Shown here: positions 42,575-53,254 of the stretch, one piece after another
How the letters are laid out: each line of letters begins with the position of its first letter
Numbering within the stretch: the stretch's first letter is position 1
IMG/VR virus record: IMGVR_UViG_3300021378_000028
Location: 1-56,899 of that record
Origin: a virus
Lineage: Duplodnaviria > Caudoviricetes
DNA length: 56,899 bases
Direction: 5' to 3' (one strand)
Notes under the pieces: generated by a model
Databases searched by the model: none
What the model was told of the DNA's origin: nothing
The model's input: the letters and a program-made list of their open reading frames with translations, nothing else
Translations under genes and position numbers: made by a program

Positions 42575-43366
42575 ATGGGTGCCGTAGCTAAGAAAAAAAG
42601 TGCAGAGTTAAGCACAGATGTCATGGATGACATCCTAGAGTTTGCTGGAGAGGGCGCCGCCTTTGACAGTTCTGAAATGCAGATCCCGTTTGTTCGTATC
42701 CTGCAAGCGATGTCCCCGCAGCTAAACAAGCGCGAGGCCAGTCACATCAAGGGTTCGGAGCAAGGTGATTTGTTTAACAACGTCACCATGGAACTGTTCA
42801 CAGGAGAGGACGGGGTCACTGTGATCCCCTGCTACCAGACTGTTAAGTACCTGGAGTTCGTTCCTCGGGATCAAGGTGGTGGTTTCCAAGGAGAGATTGC
42901 TGCAACCGATCCTGTGTTGCAACAGACTTCGCGCTCGGGATCCAAGGAGATCCTGCCCAACGGCAATGAGTTGGTCAAATCTGATCAGCACTTCTGCTTA
43001 CTGATTGGTGAGGACGGGATCACGCAACCTGTTGTGATCGACATGAAGTCTAGCCAGTTAAAGGTCAGCCGTCGTTGGAAGACCCAGATTGCGATGCAAA
43101 AGGTTAAGCATCCAAAGACAGGGCAGATGGTTCTGCCACCCCTGTTTGCTACGATCTGGAAGTTCAGCACTGTTGAAGAGAGCAATGACCAAGGTACATG
43201 GTTCAACTATCAGATCGAGAAGGTCGGGTTGGTTGATAGCCGTGATCTAATGCTTGAGGCCAAAGCCTTCCGCGACAGTGTCGCTGCGGGCGAAGTGAAA
43301 GCTGCACCGGAGGAAGGGGCTTCCACTCCCACTCCTCCGTTGAAGGATGATGAAATCCCCTTCTAG
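42575..43366 (+). CDS. Single-stranded DNA-binding / annealing protein
   Basis: IPF..ILQ..SPQ start, acidic C-terminal DDEIPF tail; GGAGG RBS. Confidence 0.65.
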   Translation: MGAVAKKKSAELSTDVMDDILEFAGEGAAFDSSEMQIPFVRILQAMSPQLNKREASHIKGSEQGDLFNNVTMELFTGEDGVTVIPCYQTVKYLEFVPRDQGGGFQGEIAATDPVLQQTSRSGSKEILPNGNELVKSDQHFCLLIGEDGITQPVVIDMKSSQLKVSRRWKTQIAMQKVKHPKTGQMVLPPLFATIWKFSTVEESNDQGTWFNYQIEKVGLVDSRDLMLEAKAFRDSVAAGEVKAAPEEGASTPTPPLKDDEIPF

Positions 43367-43375
43367 CAGCCTTGG

Positions 43376-43404
43376 GGAGGCGGACGGGTATCCGCCTCCC
43401 TTTT
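43376..43404 (+). terminator. Hairpin/terminator after the SSB-like gene
   Basis: GGGAGGCGGA-CGGGTA-TCCGCCTCCC-TTTT (approximate coordinates). Confidence 0.6.
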
Positions 43405-43420
43405 CACTTGGGAGCAGTAA

Positions 43421-44947
43421 ATGTCACAATCTAAAAAACTGCTTGCCGCGTTTGCCGGAGCCAAGAATGCTCACGGCACGACATCCGTAGGTCGGATAGG
43501 TCGGAACGGTAAGGCAGACTCAAAGAGTAAGATCATACGAGAGCCGCTGACAGATGCGCTAGTCAAAGCGCACATCAAGGGCGAGCAGGGGGTCGGGGCC
43601 ATTCCGATCAACGAAGACAACCAATGTCGGTTCGGTGCTATAGATGTGGATGTCTATGATCTGAACCAGAAAGAAATGCAGGACAAGATCCAGAAGCTCA
43701 AGCTTCCGTTGCTGCATTGCAGATCTAAGTCCGGAGGCGCCCATCTCTATTTGTTTCTCAAGGAGTGGGAGCAAGCAGCCGTGGTCCGAGAATACCTGAC
43801 CGAGATGTCGATCATGCTTGGGCACAGTGGCGTTGAGATTTTTCCAAAGCAGGACACGATCATTGCCGAGCGCGGTGATGTTGGCAACTTTATAAACATG
43901 CCGTACTTCAATGCGGAAACTCCGCAGCGGTATTGCTACAATCCCAATGGCGAGGCCATGGAACTGGATGAGTTCTTGGATGCGGTGGAGAAGAACCGGG
44001 TTGAGTTGGCTGACTTGGAAGCTTTGCGCAGCACGACCAAGGTTCGCAAGCACTTCGACGATGGGCCTCCCTGCATACGCAACATCTTTTCGGACGGGCC
44101 ACAGAGCGAGCCGAGGAACAAGCTTTTGTTTTTCATAGGTGTGTACTGCAAGAAGAAGTTTCCGGATAGTTGGCAAGCCTCCCTGGAGGAATACAACCGA
44201 ACGTTATTCTCTCCACCCCTTCCATCCTCAGAAGTGCTGACCGTAATCAAACAGCACGAGAAGAAAGACTGGGGGTACACCTGTAAGGACGAGCCGTTCA
44301 AGTCATACTGCGATCCATCTCTGTGCGTCTTGGCAAAGCACGGGATCAGCGATGATGCGCCTGATGCACCGCAGGTTGGCGGGCTGACGATCATGTTGTC
44401 TGAGCCTCGGTTGTATTTCATGGATGTAAACGGGTTGCGGATTCAGTTGAGCTCAGAGCAGTTGCAGAATCAAACGCTCTGGCAGCGAGCTTGCATGGAG
44501 CAGTGTAACTTTATGCCGCCGACTACTAAGCCACAGAAGTGGCAGCAGATGGTCAACAGTTTGATGAGCCAAGCAACGTACATCGATGTGCCGTATGAGG
44601 AGACGATTGCGGGTCAATTCAAGGAGCACTTGTTTGCCTACTGCACCAGTCACATTCGTGCCATGGCTCCAGAAGAAATCGAGATGAATAAACCGTGGAC
44701 CGATGGTGGTGTGACGAAGTTTAAGTTGGAAGGCCTGTTGGAGTATCTGCACCATCGAAGGTTTGTTGGTCAGACCCGAGCGCACATTATTCAGATGATA
44801 CGGGACATGGGCGGCGACAATGGAGTGCAGAATATAGTAAAAGCCAAAGGGAAGCGGACAAACATCCGATGTTGGTACGTCCCTGCTTTTGAAGAAGATG
44901 AAACCGAATTGCCTGTGAAGGAGATATCAAATGACATCCCATTCTAA
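43421..44947 (+). CDS. Primase-polymerase (AEP superfamily) with PriCT-like domain
   Basis: FGAIDVD, RSKSGGAHLYLF, EIFPKQ, GNFINMPY; PPC...RN..LF...PPL..SEV. Confidence 0.85.
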   Translation: MSQSKKLLAAFAGAKNAHGTTSVGRIGRNGKADSKSKIIREPLTDALVKAHIKGEQGVGAIPINEDNQCRFGAIDVDVYDLNQKEMQDKIQKLKLPLLHCRSKSGGAHLYLFLKEWEQAAVVREYLTEMSIMLGHSGVEIFPKQDTIIAERGDVGNFINMPYFNAETPQRYCYNPNGEAMELDEFLDAVEKNRVELADLEALRSTTKVRKHFDDGPPCIRNIFSDGPQSEPRNKLLFFIGVYCKKKFPDSWQASLEEYNRTLFSPPLPSSEVLTVIKQHEKKDWGYTCKDEPFKSYCDPSLCVLAKHGISDDAPDAPQVGGLTIMLSEPRLYFMDVNGLRIQLSSEQLQNQTLWQRACMEQCNFMPPTTKPQKWQQMVNSLMSQATYIDVPYEETIAGQFKEHLFAYCTSHIRAMAPEEIEMNKPWTDGGVTKFKLEGLLEYLHHRRFVGQTRAHIIQMIRDMGGDNGVQNIVKAKGKRTNIRCWYVPAFEEDETELPVKEISNDIPF

Positions 44948-45152
44948 TCGCTTGCTCCGAGTGGGGGAAGTTGCGGACCTATTGGGTGTGTCGCGATCCT
45001 ACGTCTACAAGTTAGCGCAGACTACAGACAACTTTCCGAAGCCCATTGTTCTGGGGGACGAAACAAACAAGCGGTCCTCTAGCCGTTGGGTTCTGTCCGA
45101 GGTTGAAGATTGGGTAAACTCAAGACCAAGAGGCAAAGAGTATGATACCTAA
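44931..45152 (+). CDS. AlpA/excisionase-like HTH protein
   Basis: LLRVGEVADLLGVSRSYVY...FPKPI.LG...RW..SEV..W. Confidence 0.8.
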   Translation: MTSHSNRLLRVGEVADLLGVSRSYVYKLAQTTDNFPKPIVLGDETNKRSSSRWVLSEVEDWVNSRPRGKEYDT

Positions 45153-46671
45153 AGCGGAACTGGTGCTTGGCCCTCCAGGGACAGGCAAGACCTACTACCT
45201 GATACAGCAGATCAAAGCGGCGTTGGAAAAAGGAACGCACCCGTCAAGGATCGGCGTGATTTCGTTTACGCGTAAAGCCATCGAGGAGATGGTTGCTCGG
45301 GCCTGTGCTGAGTTTAACCTGGAGCCAAAAGACTTTCCGTTTATGAAGACAAGCCACTCGTTCGGGTTCCATGGACTAGGGTTGCAGCCTCAAGACATCA
45401 TGACCAAGGAAGATTACGACAACATAGGACGGGAGCTCGGCCTGACGTTTGAAGGTAAGATGCGTATGTCGCTAGAGGATGGCTTGTCTTTGCCCACGAT
45501 TGGAGGATCAGGGTCCAAGTATCTGCAACTGGAGCACCGAGCTCGGCTGCGTATGATTGATCTGGAACGTGAGTTCAACGATGCGGGGGACCGTGATTTG
45601 TTTTTCCCGAAGCTTGTGCAGTTGTCCAAGCAGATCGAAGAGTACAAGGCGGCGACTAACAAGTTTGACTTTGTGGACATGATCGAGAAGTACATTCCGT
45701 TGGGGGAAGCGCCGAGCCTAGACTTCTTGTTTATTGATGAGGCCCAAGACTTTACTCCGCTGCAATGGCAGATGGCTGAGAAGATAGCGGACAATGCCGA
45801 TCAGGTGTTTATTGCAGGGGATGATGACCAAGCTATTCACAGGTGGACGGGCGTTGATGTTGATTTGTTTAACGAGAGCTCGAACAATGTAAAAGTTCTG
45901 GAGAAATCCTACCGTATTCCCAAGGCCGTGCATCGTTTGGCAAACAGTATATCCGAACGTATATCCGGACGGCACGAGAAGGAGTTTGATTCGCGTGACG
46001 AGGAGGGAAAGGTCGAGTTTGTTTATCACTTGGATGACATCCCGTTGTACGAGGGGTCGTGGACAATCATGGCTCGGACCAACAGCTATGTTACGGACTT
46101 GGCGGACCACATAAAGAAGGCGGGGTTTAAATACTCCATCAAGGGACGGCCCAGTGTGTCTCCTACCTTGGTTGCAAACATCTTTACTTGGCAGGATCTT
46201 TGCGCGGACAAGACGGTGTCTCTGCAAAGGATCAAGGACTTCTATTCGTCGGTCCCAAAGCAGGGGCAGAACGCTGTTGTCAAACGAGGATCCACTCAGA
46301 TGCTAGATACTTTAGCGTCGGATGCGGAGCTCACCATGGAGCAACTGCAAAAAGATTATGGGTTGTTGGTGGGAGCCGAACAGTCTGCGTCGGAAGTATT
46401 AAGGATTGGCAAAGCTGAGAGAGAGTATATCGTAGCTATGATGCGAAGGGGTGACGATCTACTGTCCGAGCCACGCATTAAGTTATCCACCTTCCATGCT
46501 ATGAAGGGCGGGGAAGATGATAACTGCGTCGTATATACGGCGTCCACCGCAGCGTGTGTGAACAGTGACCACCCAGACGATGAGCATCGAGCGTTCTATG
46601 TCGGGGTGACCAGAGCAAGGCACACGTTGTACATTCTACAGAGCAGCAACAAATACAGGTACACGCTATGA
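45142..46671 (+). CDS. UvrD/Rep-like SF1 helicase
   Basis: GPPGTGKT, IDEAQD, AGDDDQAI, SYR, STFHAMKGGE, YVGVTRAR. Confidence 0.93.
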   Translation: MIPKAELVLGPPGTGKTYYLIQQIKAALEKGTHPSRIGVISFTRKAIEEMVARACAEFNLEPKDFPFMKTSHSFGFHGLGLQPQDIMTKEDYDNIGRELGLTFEGKMRMSLEDGLSLPTIGGSGSKYLQLEHRARLRMIDLEREFNDAGDRDLFFPKLVQLSKQIEEYKAATNKFDFVDMIEKYIPLGEAPSLDFLFIDEAQDFTPLQWQMAEKIADNADQVFIAGDDDQAIHRWTGVDVDLFNESSNNVKVLEKSYRIPKAVHRLANSISERISGRHEKEFDSRDEEGKVEFVYHLDDIPLYEGSWTIMARTNSYVTDLADHIKKAGFKYSIKGRPSVSPTLVANIFTWQDLCADKTVSLQRIKDFYSSVPKQGQNAVVKRGSTQMLDTLASDAELTMEQLQKDYGLLVGAEQSASEVLRIGKAEREYIVAMMRRGDDLLSEPRIKLSTFHAMKGGEDDNCVVYTASTAACVNSDHPDDEHRAFYVGVTRARHTLYILQSSNKYRYTL

Positions 46672-47027
46672 AACGAGATGAAGTCTTAGACAAAGCCAAA
46701 GAGTTGATCAACGGTCAGAGGGCCAAGGATTACGGTGATGCGTACCACAATCATGGCAGGATTGCGGAGGGGTGGAACATTATTATCAGCGGAGCGTTAA
46801 AGAGTCACGGCCATGTAACCGCTGCGCATGTCGCGTTGATGATGGACTGGGTAAAGAGTGCGCGTTTGGTTGAGAACATCGACCACGAGGATTCTTGGGT
46901 GGACAAGGCCGGGTATAGTGCCTTGGGCTCGGAGCACATAGACCGGGATAAGAAAGACGTACCGTCTCTTTTATTACCTCGGCACAAAGAAATCATCCAA
47001 AGGATGCGTGAAAAGAATGCAAGATAA
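46668..47027 (+). CDS. DUF6378-like protein
   Basis: L..A..LING.RAKDYGD...IAE.W...VALMM...K.AR...DSWVD.AGY. Confidence 0.75.
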   Translation: MKRDEVLDKAKELINGQRAKDYGDAYHNHGRIAEGWNIIISGALKSHGHVTAAHVALMMDWVKSARLVENIDHEDSWVDKAGYSALGSEHIDRDKKDVPSLLLPRHKEIIQRMREKNAR

Positions 47028-48918
47028 TCTCTTTGGCAGTGCGTTGCACCACCAGATTAAGAACGAGTTGAATCTGATAGATGCTGACTGGAACATTCCT
47101 CCGGACTATCCTGACCTAACAGGGTACAAGAATGTGGCCGTGGATTTGGAAACCTATGATCCCAACATCAAGACTCTTGGCCCAGGGTGGGCCCGTAAGG
47201 ACGGCCACATCATAGGTATTGCGGTGGCAGCGGGAGAATACCAAGGATATTTTCCTATCCGGCACGAGAACGCTCACAACCTAGACCCCAAGTTTACCCT
47301 GCGGTGGCTCAAGAAACAGATGTCTGTGCCTGACATGAACGTGATTATGCACAACGCAATCTACGATGCGGGTTGGCTGAGAGCCGAGGGCATAGAAATC
47401 AAGGGTAGGATTATCGACACGATGATCTCAGGGGCACTGGTGGATGAAAACCGTTGGTCCTTTGGTCTTGATTCCATGGCTCGGGACTTTGTGTCCATGC
47501 GTAAGAACGAACGGCTTCTGCAAGCAGCGGCCAAGGAGTGGGGCGTTGATCCTAAGTCAGGGATGTACAAGCTTCCGCCCAAATATGTGGGGGCCTACGC
47601 CGAGCAGGACGCGGTTGCTACGCTCAAACTGTGGGACGCATTAAAGGCACGGTTAGAGGAAGAAGAACTCTGGCACATCTGGGACATTGAGAACGGGTTG
47701 ATACCCTGCATGTTGGACATGCGTACCAACGGTGTGCGCGTTGATCTGGACAAGGCAGAGCAAAACAAGAAGCTGATTCGTAAGCAGTCGAAACTCTTGA
47801 GAACTAAGATTGAGAAAGAAGCGGGGATGGAAGTGGACATCTGGGCATCCGCTTCGATCCAGAAGATGTTTGACAAGCTAGGTATGGAATACCTTACCAC
47901 GGAGAAAGGTGCGCCGTCCTTTACCAAGTCATTTCTGAACGATCACCCGGCTGAGATATGCCAATCACTGGTTAAGCTGCGTGAGTTTGACAAGGCAGAC
48001 GCTACGTTTATTGATAGCATTCTGCGCCACGAGCATAATGGACGTATTCATACGGAGCTCCACTCTACCCGTAGGGATGAGGGCGGCACGGTTACGGGTA
48101 GGTTTTCGTCATCCAACCCTAATCTACAGCAGATTCCTGCTCGTGATCCGGACATCAAGAAGATGATCCGCGGATTGTTTATTCCAGAAGAGGGGATGAA
48201 ATGGGGATCGTTCGACTACTCAAGCCAAGAACCGAGGCTCTTGGTTCACTTCGCAGCGAGCGTTCCATCTGAGTTACGCAGTCATGTGGTGGATGATGTG
48301 GTGGATGAGTTCAACAGTGGCGATGTTGATTTGCACCAGATGGTGGCGGACCTTGCTGGGATCACGCGTAAGCAAGCCAAGACTGTGAACCTGGGGATTA
48401 TGTACGGCATGGGCGTAGCCAAACTGGCCGATCAGCTAGGCATTGCTTCGGACGACGCCAAGGATTTAATCAAGCGGCACCGCAGTAAGGTTCCGTTTGT
48501 TAAGCAGCTTGCGGACATGGCAACCAAGAGGGCTGACCAGAACGGTCATATACGCACTCTGCTAGGCCGTAAGTGCAGGTTTCCCTTGTGGGAGCCTAAG
48601 AAGTTCGGAGTGGGCAAAGCCATGTCTCACGACGATGCACAGAAGGAGTACGGATCGGACATCAAACGAGCGTTTACTTACAAGGCGCTCAACCGTTTGA
48701 TCCAGGGATCAGCAGCCGACCAAACAAAACAGGCGATGCTTGATTGTTACAACGAGGGACTTACTCCTATGCTCACGGTTCATGATGAGTTATGCTTTAA
48801 CATAGAGAGCCAAGAACAGGCTGCTAAGATAAAAGACATCATGGAAACAGGTATACCGCTCAAGGTCCCTTCTAAAATTGACGTAGATATTAAAGATGAT
48901 TGGGGAGAAATCGAATGA
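47017..48918 (+). CDS. polA: Family A DNA polymerase with 3'-5' exonuclease
   Basis: VDLET, HNAIYD, YAEQD exo motifs; TGRFSSSNPNLQQIP, DYSSQEPR, RKQAKTVNLGIMYG, IQGSAAD, TVHDEL. Confidence 0.96.
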   Translation: MQDNLFGSALHHQIKNELNLIDADWNIPPDYPDLTGYKNVAVDLETYDPNIKTLGPGWARKDGHIIGIAVAAGEYQGYFPIRHENAHNLDPKFTLRWLKKQMSVPDMNVIMHNAIYDAGWLRAEGIEIKGRIIDTMISGALVDENRWSFGLDSMARDFVSMRKNERLLQAAAKEWGVDPKSGMYKLPPKYVGAYAEQDAVATLKLWDALKARLEEEELWHIWDIENGLIPCMLDMRTNGVRVDLDKAEQNKKLIRKQSKLLRTKIEKEAGMEVDIWASASIQKMFDKLGMEYLTTEKGAPSFTKSFLNDHPAEICQSLVKLREFDKADATFIDSILRHEHNGRIHTELHSTRRDEGGTVTGRFSSSNPNLQQIPARDPDIKKMIRGLFIPEEGMKWGSFDYSSQEPRLLVHFAASVPSELRSHVVDDVVDEFNSGDVDLHQMVADLAGITRKQAKTVNLGIMYGMGVAKLADQLGIASDDAKDLIKRHRSKVPFVKQLADMATKRADQNGHIRTLLGRKCRFPLWEPKKFGVGKAMSHDDAQKEYGSDIKRAFTYKALNRLIQGSAADQTKQAMLDCYNEGLTPMLTVHDELCFNIESQEQAAKIKDIMETGIPLKVPSKIDVDIKDDWGEIE

Positions 48919-49121
48919 TTGAAGATGACATGCCGACACTAGGACTGAAACAAATGCACCCGTTACAGGTTCACGCGTTGATGGACTTCGTAGGAGAGGC
49001 GCTGAACCTAGCCGCCTTGACCGACGACGAAGAGATTCTCAAAGAAGTAGAGTCTTCAGCCGATGAACTGGTACGGTTGTTTGGCGGCAACGGTGTTAAG
49101 GTAACCGTCGAAGCTTACTGA
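48915..49121 (+). CDS. Hypothetical protein
   Basis: ATGA overlap with the polA stop; converges on the late arm. Confidence 0.55.
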   Translation: MIEDDMPTLGLKQMHPLQVHALMDFVGEALNLAALTDDEEILKEVESSADELVRLFGGNGVKVTVEAY

Positions 49122-52100
49122 CGTTGTTGGCGGCGTAGGATTTCTTCGTTAGCAGCTTGCGCCGCCGGATCACTGCCCAAGACTGACGGAGCCAGAGACT
49201 GAGCTCGCTGCAATAAGCTTGTTGCGCCAGTCGTTGCTCGATCCGCTAATCCGCTAATCGTATCCGTCGCTTGCCCTACAAAGGTTTCACTAGGTTGAGG
49301 TTGTGGGACCACGGGTTGAGAAACCACGGGACCCAAGGGCTCCGGAGGAACATAAGTAGGTTGTTGAGTCCCGACTATCTCAGTGTTCATTAGAGATCTA
49401 CGAACTTCATTTATCTCTTTTTTAGGAACGCGTTGAAGAATCCTGTTTTCTTTTTTGACGTTCACCTCTCGGGCGACCTCCCTAATCAATGACCGACTGA
49501 CTTTTATTGGCTCAAACTTGTTCTGTAGAATTTTATTAAGCTCTGAGTTTGAAACACCCGTGTTCTTGAATGCTTGTTTAATCTGTGCTCGGCTCATACC
49601 TGCGTCCATTGCAGCATCTATTTTACTTTTTAAGACAGCTTGATGCCGACGTTTTGCCGTGTTTGCTTGAACATACGCATCCAGAATGCTTTCTACTGTA
49701 GCGTCGTTGTCGTCCGCAACCTTCGTAAAGATCTGAACCGCACTGGACCTGTCCGCGGAGTATGCACCAGCATCGTATCCCAAGCTTCGACCAATGTTAA
49801 TCTTCAAGGGACGAAGACCCGTAAGCATGGTGCCCGCTTCTTCCGCCACCGTAAATGGATCACCAGTCTTTCCGGGCTCACCTGTGATTGCGCGGTTTAA
49901 TCTGCCAGAAACAATCTCACCACCTTTGACGGTGTAAGCCTGCTCCACGATCCCAGGGACAAAGGCCCCTGCTACATGGACCAAGGACTTAGATAGTTTG
50001 TCCCCCCAAAGTTCACCGGGCTCATAGATCTCGGCGCCAGTCTGGGTCTTACCGTCTCGGAGAGTAACATCAACAAGACGTTCCGTTGCCAAAGCCTCTG
50101 ATGCAAACGGCTCCGAAAACTTCTTGAACGCTTCAATCGCAGCGAAACCAATTTGCTCTGCCTCGTTGGCCCCGATCTCACCCTTCTGTTGGTAGACTTC
50201 CGCAGCGGCTCGTGCAGGAGCCAGCATAAACTCATAAGGAAGCATGTATGACAGATCGACAACCTCTGCGTTCAGGTCCTCGTCTGGTTTCTCCAAGAAC
50301 ATCATCGTGTTACCAACAGACCAGAACGGCTTGTTCTTTTCCAGAAGATCCTCTTCTGCTTCTGTAATGCCCAAGATGTTATGCGCTGCATCCCGCATTG
50401 CAACAGGTGCAACCGTAGCCATAGAGATATAACCCGTAAGACGCTCGGCCCCAATGCCACGCACCTGACGAGCGAACGCTCTAGCTTGCTGTTCACCCAT
50501 GGCTTGAATCATTTCAGGGGTAGCCTTAAACCCTAGTTCCTTGACCGCTCGGTTTACAATGTTGCCAGAAGTACGAATGATCTCCGCAGGGAACGCCATA
50601 AAGTTACCCATAACAGGGATTCGACGTAGGGATTTAATGACTTCAGGAACCATAGAATATGTAGGCATGGTCTGCTTGACCAAGTCTGTTGCCAGCATGT
50701 TGCCAAAGTCTGTGCCTGCGATAGACGTACTCCGCTGCGCTAACCCAGCTTGCTGGAACGCATCTTGAATCAATGGGTCAACATTCTCTATGTCAATACC
50801 AGCCTTGCGCATTGCCGCGCCATAGCGAGCTTTCTCGCCAAGAGCACCCACCACCTTCCAATAGTCGTCACCTAACTGGTAAGTTTTTTCCATAAACTTT
50901 ACCCCAGTGCCAATGACAGGGGTCTTGCGAACTAAACTGCCGCCTTTAGTAAGAAGAGAGGATACACCTTCTTCAGTCTGCTCCTGCATCAACTTTTTAA
51001 GTTCGTTGAGTTGGATGTTCTGACCGATGGCGCCTTCGTCTTGCATAGCCTTGAGCAACCGGAACTGTTCTGGGCTGTCCACCGCGTTAGCTACCAGCAC
51101 TTGCCCGCTCTCAAAGATGCCCATGTTGCGGCCAAGCAATCCGTTTGCCCCCACAACAAAGGTGTTCGACAAGAAGTTACGAACCTGTGACAACGGATTA
51201 AGAACCGTCTTCGTCATCTGGGACAGACCCTTGAGTTGCAAGGATACAGCAAGGGCATCCTGCACAAAAGACTGTGATCGACTTGGTGTAGTCAAACTAT
51301 TAGCAATCTCGGTCGGAACGTAGTTGCCAGACAAAGATCCATACTTGCCACCAAACACGTTCTCCGAATCAAACTCACCCATCTTGGTATAGTTCAACTC
51401 TTCCGTAAGAACTTTGACCTGATCATCAGTCAGGTTGTTTCCGTTGATGGCAAAGGGCCGACCGCCTGCGTTCATCTTTTGAACGGCCTCGTCAAAGAAC
51501 TGAACCTGCCCTGGGGTCGAGGCCGACTGTGCGGTGTTGCTGATCGAGTCAAACAATCTTTGCGAGGCCATCGTAGTAGACATGTTGTCCACTGTGCGTA
51601 GGAACGCCTCCTTTGGATTACGAACCTCGCCCATCATTTCCCGCAGCACAGGAGCTTGTTCCAAGAACGCCGACCGATCTTTTAACATTCCGTCTGCCAA
51701 CTTAAACAGCGAGGTACGCCCTACCACTTCCTTCGCGCCTTTCGCCACCCCAGAACCAGCCTGTCTAGCTGCCGCCTCCGGCGTCAAACCAAAGGAGTTG
51801 ACTGAAGACTTGTTAAATATGTCGTTGATAAACTGCGTGGCTTGTTGGTCCGCGGTCTGAGTATCAATGGTCGGGGTCCGAGTTTGGATGACATTTATAA
51901 TTTGTTGCTTGGCCTCTTTGTACTGAGGCATGGACGCTGGGTTTACGTCTTGAAACTTCTTTGGGTCCAAGTGTAGCTCGTACAGCCGTCGGATGTATGT
52001 CCCCTGATTGTTCTGGAACTGCTGTAAGAGTTCATCCTGTCGGGCAGGATCAAGGTTTGGAGCAGAGCGAACAGAGGTTTCAAACTCTACGCTTAGATCA

Positions 52101-53239
52101 TCGATCTTACTGCGCATGTTATCCACAGCAGTCCGGGCCTTGGCACCATAAACCTTAGTAAAGTCATCCTTACTCATGTTGCCTGTGAGAAAGTCCATCG
52201 TGTCGTTGTACGCTCGTTGCGTGGCGGACTTGCCCCGACCTGTAAGACGTTGCAGGCGAATAGCTTTGCTGATTGCAGACTCATACTCGCGTAAAAGTTT
52301 AGATGCCGCTGCTTCTTGAGCCTCGGTCATGCCTTCCGCGGTACGAACAGCGGTGGTTATTTCGTTGGGTGCCAGCCCATCCGCGGTAAAGTTCTTCTTT
52401 AAAAAGTCCGCAGATTTAGGAAACAAACCTTTTGCTTTATCCCCTAAGTAATTCATTCCAGCCGACAGGCCACGAGCCAAAGTCGGAACGCCAGATAATT
52501 CTGTGCGGCCAATGCCTTGAATCACGGCCCCCGCTACAGGCAGCACAACTTCCCCTGCAAGGTTAAAGCCCGCGCCTTCTATACCAAGCCGGAACTTGTT
52601 TCTCAGCCGTACCGCTGCGAGCTCCTTTCCCGTTAGACCGAACTCATCTTCTGTTCTCATAAGATCTGGCATAGCGTCCCAGCTATCTGCCAAGGTGGTC
52701 ATGGTGCTAGGAGACACCAACACATCTGCTATGCCTGTCCCCGCCGTGGTCAGAGCAGCGCGACCCGCTCTTGTTTGGGTCAAAGCTTTGGGTGCAGTTC
52801 TTCCAAACGATTGCGCGGCCTTACCGAACCATGTTCGAGCAGCGGGAATCGCGGTCCCTGATTGCAAAGCTTTACGGGCCTTGTCCGCTTTGGAAACAAG
52901 ACTAAACACCCCTAACCCAGGGGTTGCGTATGTCGTAATAACTTCTGCGACTTTACCTGCGGAGCGTTCTGGCACTAGGCCCAGACTGTCCTTCACGCCC
53001 TCAAAGGTTTCGGTGACTTTCTGTTGGGCCCCGTCTTCTATTAGATCAGCAGACGCTAGACCCGCCGCTCCAAGTTCTGTCAAACCTTGACCGATGTTTA
53101 CGATACCCGCACCAGCGCCACGGGCTATCGACCCGATGACCGTTTGATCCGACTCTTCGTCTATAGGTCCTAAAGGTTCCGGAGGAATGTATTCGTTTAC
53201 TGGTCCTAGCGGTTCCGGAGGAATGTATTCTTCGGCCAT
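49115..53239 (-). CDS. Large internal virion / ejection protein
   Basis: 1374 aa, helical, last gene of the ejection cluster; size and position as in podovirus gp16-like proteins. Confidence 0.65.
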   Translation of the reverse strand: MAEEYIPPEPLGPVNEYIPPEPLGPIDEESDQTVIGSIARGAGAGIVNIGQGLTELGAAGLASADLIEDGAQQKVTETFEGVKDSLGLVPERSAGKVAEVITTYATPGLGVFSLVSKADKARKALQSGTAIPAARTWFGKAAQSFGRTAPKALTQTRAGRAALTTAGTGIADVLVSPSTMTTLADSWDAMPDLMRTEDEFGLTGKELAAVRLRNKFRLGIEGAGFNLAGEVVLPVAGAVIQGIGRTELSGVPTLARGLSAGMNYLGDKAKGLFPKSADFLKKNFTADGLAPNEITTAVRTAEGMTEAQEAAASKLLREYESAISKAIRLQRLTGRGKSATQRAYNDTMDFLTGNMSKDDFTKVYGAKARTAVDNMRSKIDDLSVEFETSVRSAPNLDPARQDELLQQFQNNQGTYIRRLYELHLDPKKFQDVNPASMPQYKEAKQQIINVIQTRTPTIDTQTADQQATQFINDIFNKSSVNSFGLTPEAAARQAGSGVAKGAKEVVGRTSLFKLADGMLKDRSAFLEQAPVLREMMGEVRNPKEAFLRTVDNMSTTMASQRLFDSISNTAQSASTPGQVQFFDEAVQKMNAGGRPFAINGNNLTDDQVKVLTEELNYTKMGEFDSENVFGGKYGSLSGNYVPTEIANSLTTPSRSQSFVQDALAVSLQLKGLSQMTKTVLNPLSQVRNFLSNTFVVGANGLLGRNMGIFESGQVLVANAVDSPEQFRLLKAMQDEGAIGQNIQLNELKKLMQEQTEEGVSSLLTKGGSLVRKTPVIGTGVKFMEKTYQLGDDYWKVVGALGEKARYGAAMRKAGIDIENVDPLIQDAFQQAGLAQRSTSIAGTDFGNMLATDLVKQTMPTYSMVPEVIKSLRRIPVMGNFMAFPAEIIRTSGNIVNRAVKELGFKATPEMIQAMGEQQARAFARQVRGIGAERLTGYISMATVAPVAMRDAAHNILGITEAEEDLLEKNKPFWSVGNTMMFLEKPDEDLNAEVVDLSYMLPYEFMLAPARAAAEVYQQKGEIGANEAEQIGFAAIEAFKKFSEPFASEALATERLVDVTLRDGKTQTGAEIYEPGELWGDKLSKSLVHVAGAFVPGIVEQAYTVKGGEIVSGRLNRAITGEPGKTGDPFTVAEEAGTMLTGLRPLKINIGRSLGYDAGAYSADRSSAVQIFTKVADDNDATVESILDAYVQANTAKRRHQAVLKSKIDAAMDAGMSRAQIKQAFKNTGVSNSELNKILQNKFEPIKVSRSLIREVAREVNVKKENRILQRVPKKEINEVRRSLMNTEIVGTQQPTYVPPEPLGPVVSQPVVPQPQPSETFVGQATDTISGLADRATTGATSLLQRAQSLAPSVLGSDPAAQAANEEILRRQQRQ

Positions 53240-53254
53240 TGTTTTTCCTCTCTA

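Noticed and set aside
44931-45152. Evidence of a temperate integration module
   Set aside because: AlpA/excisionase-like HTH alone, within the replication operon; no integrase, repressor pair or att site recognised
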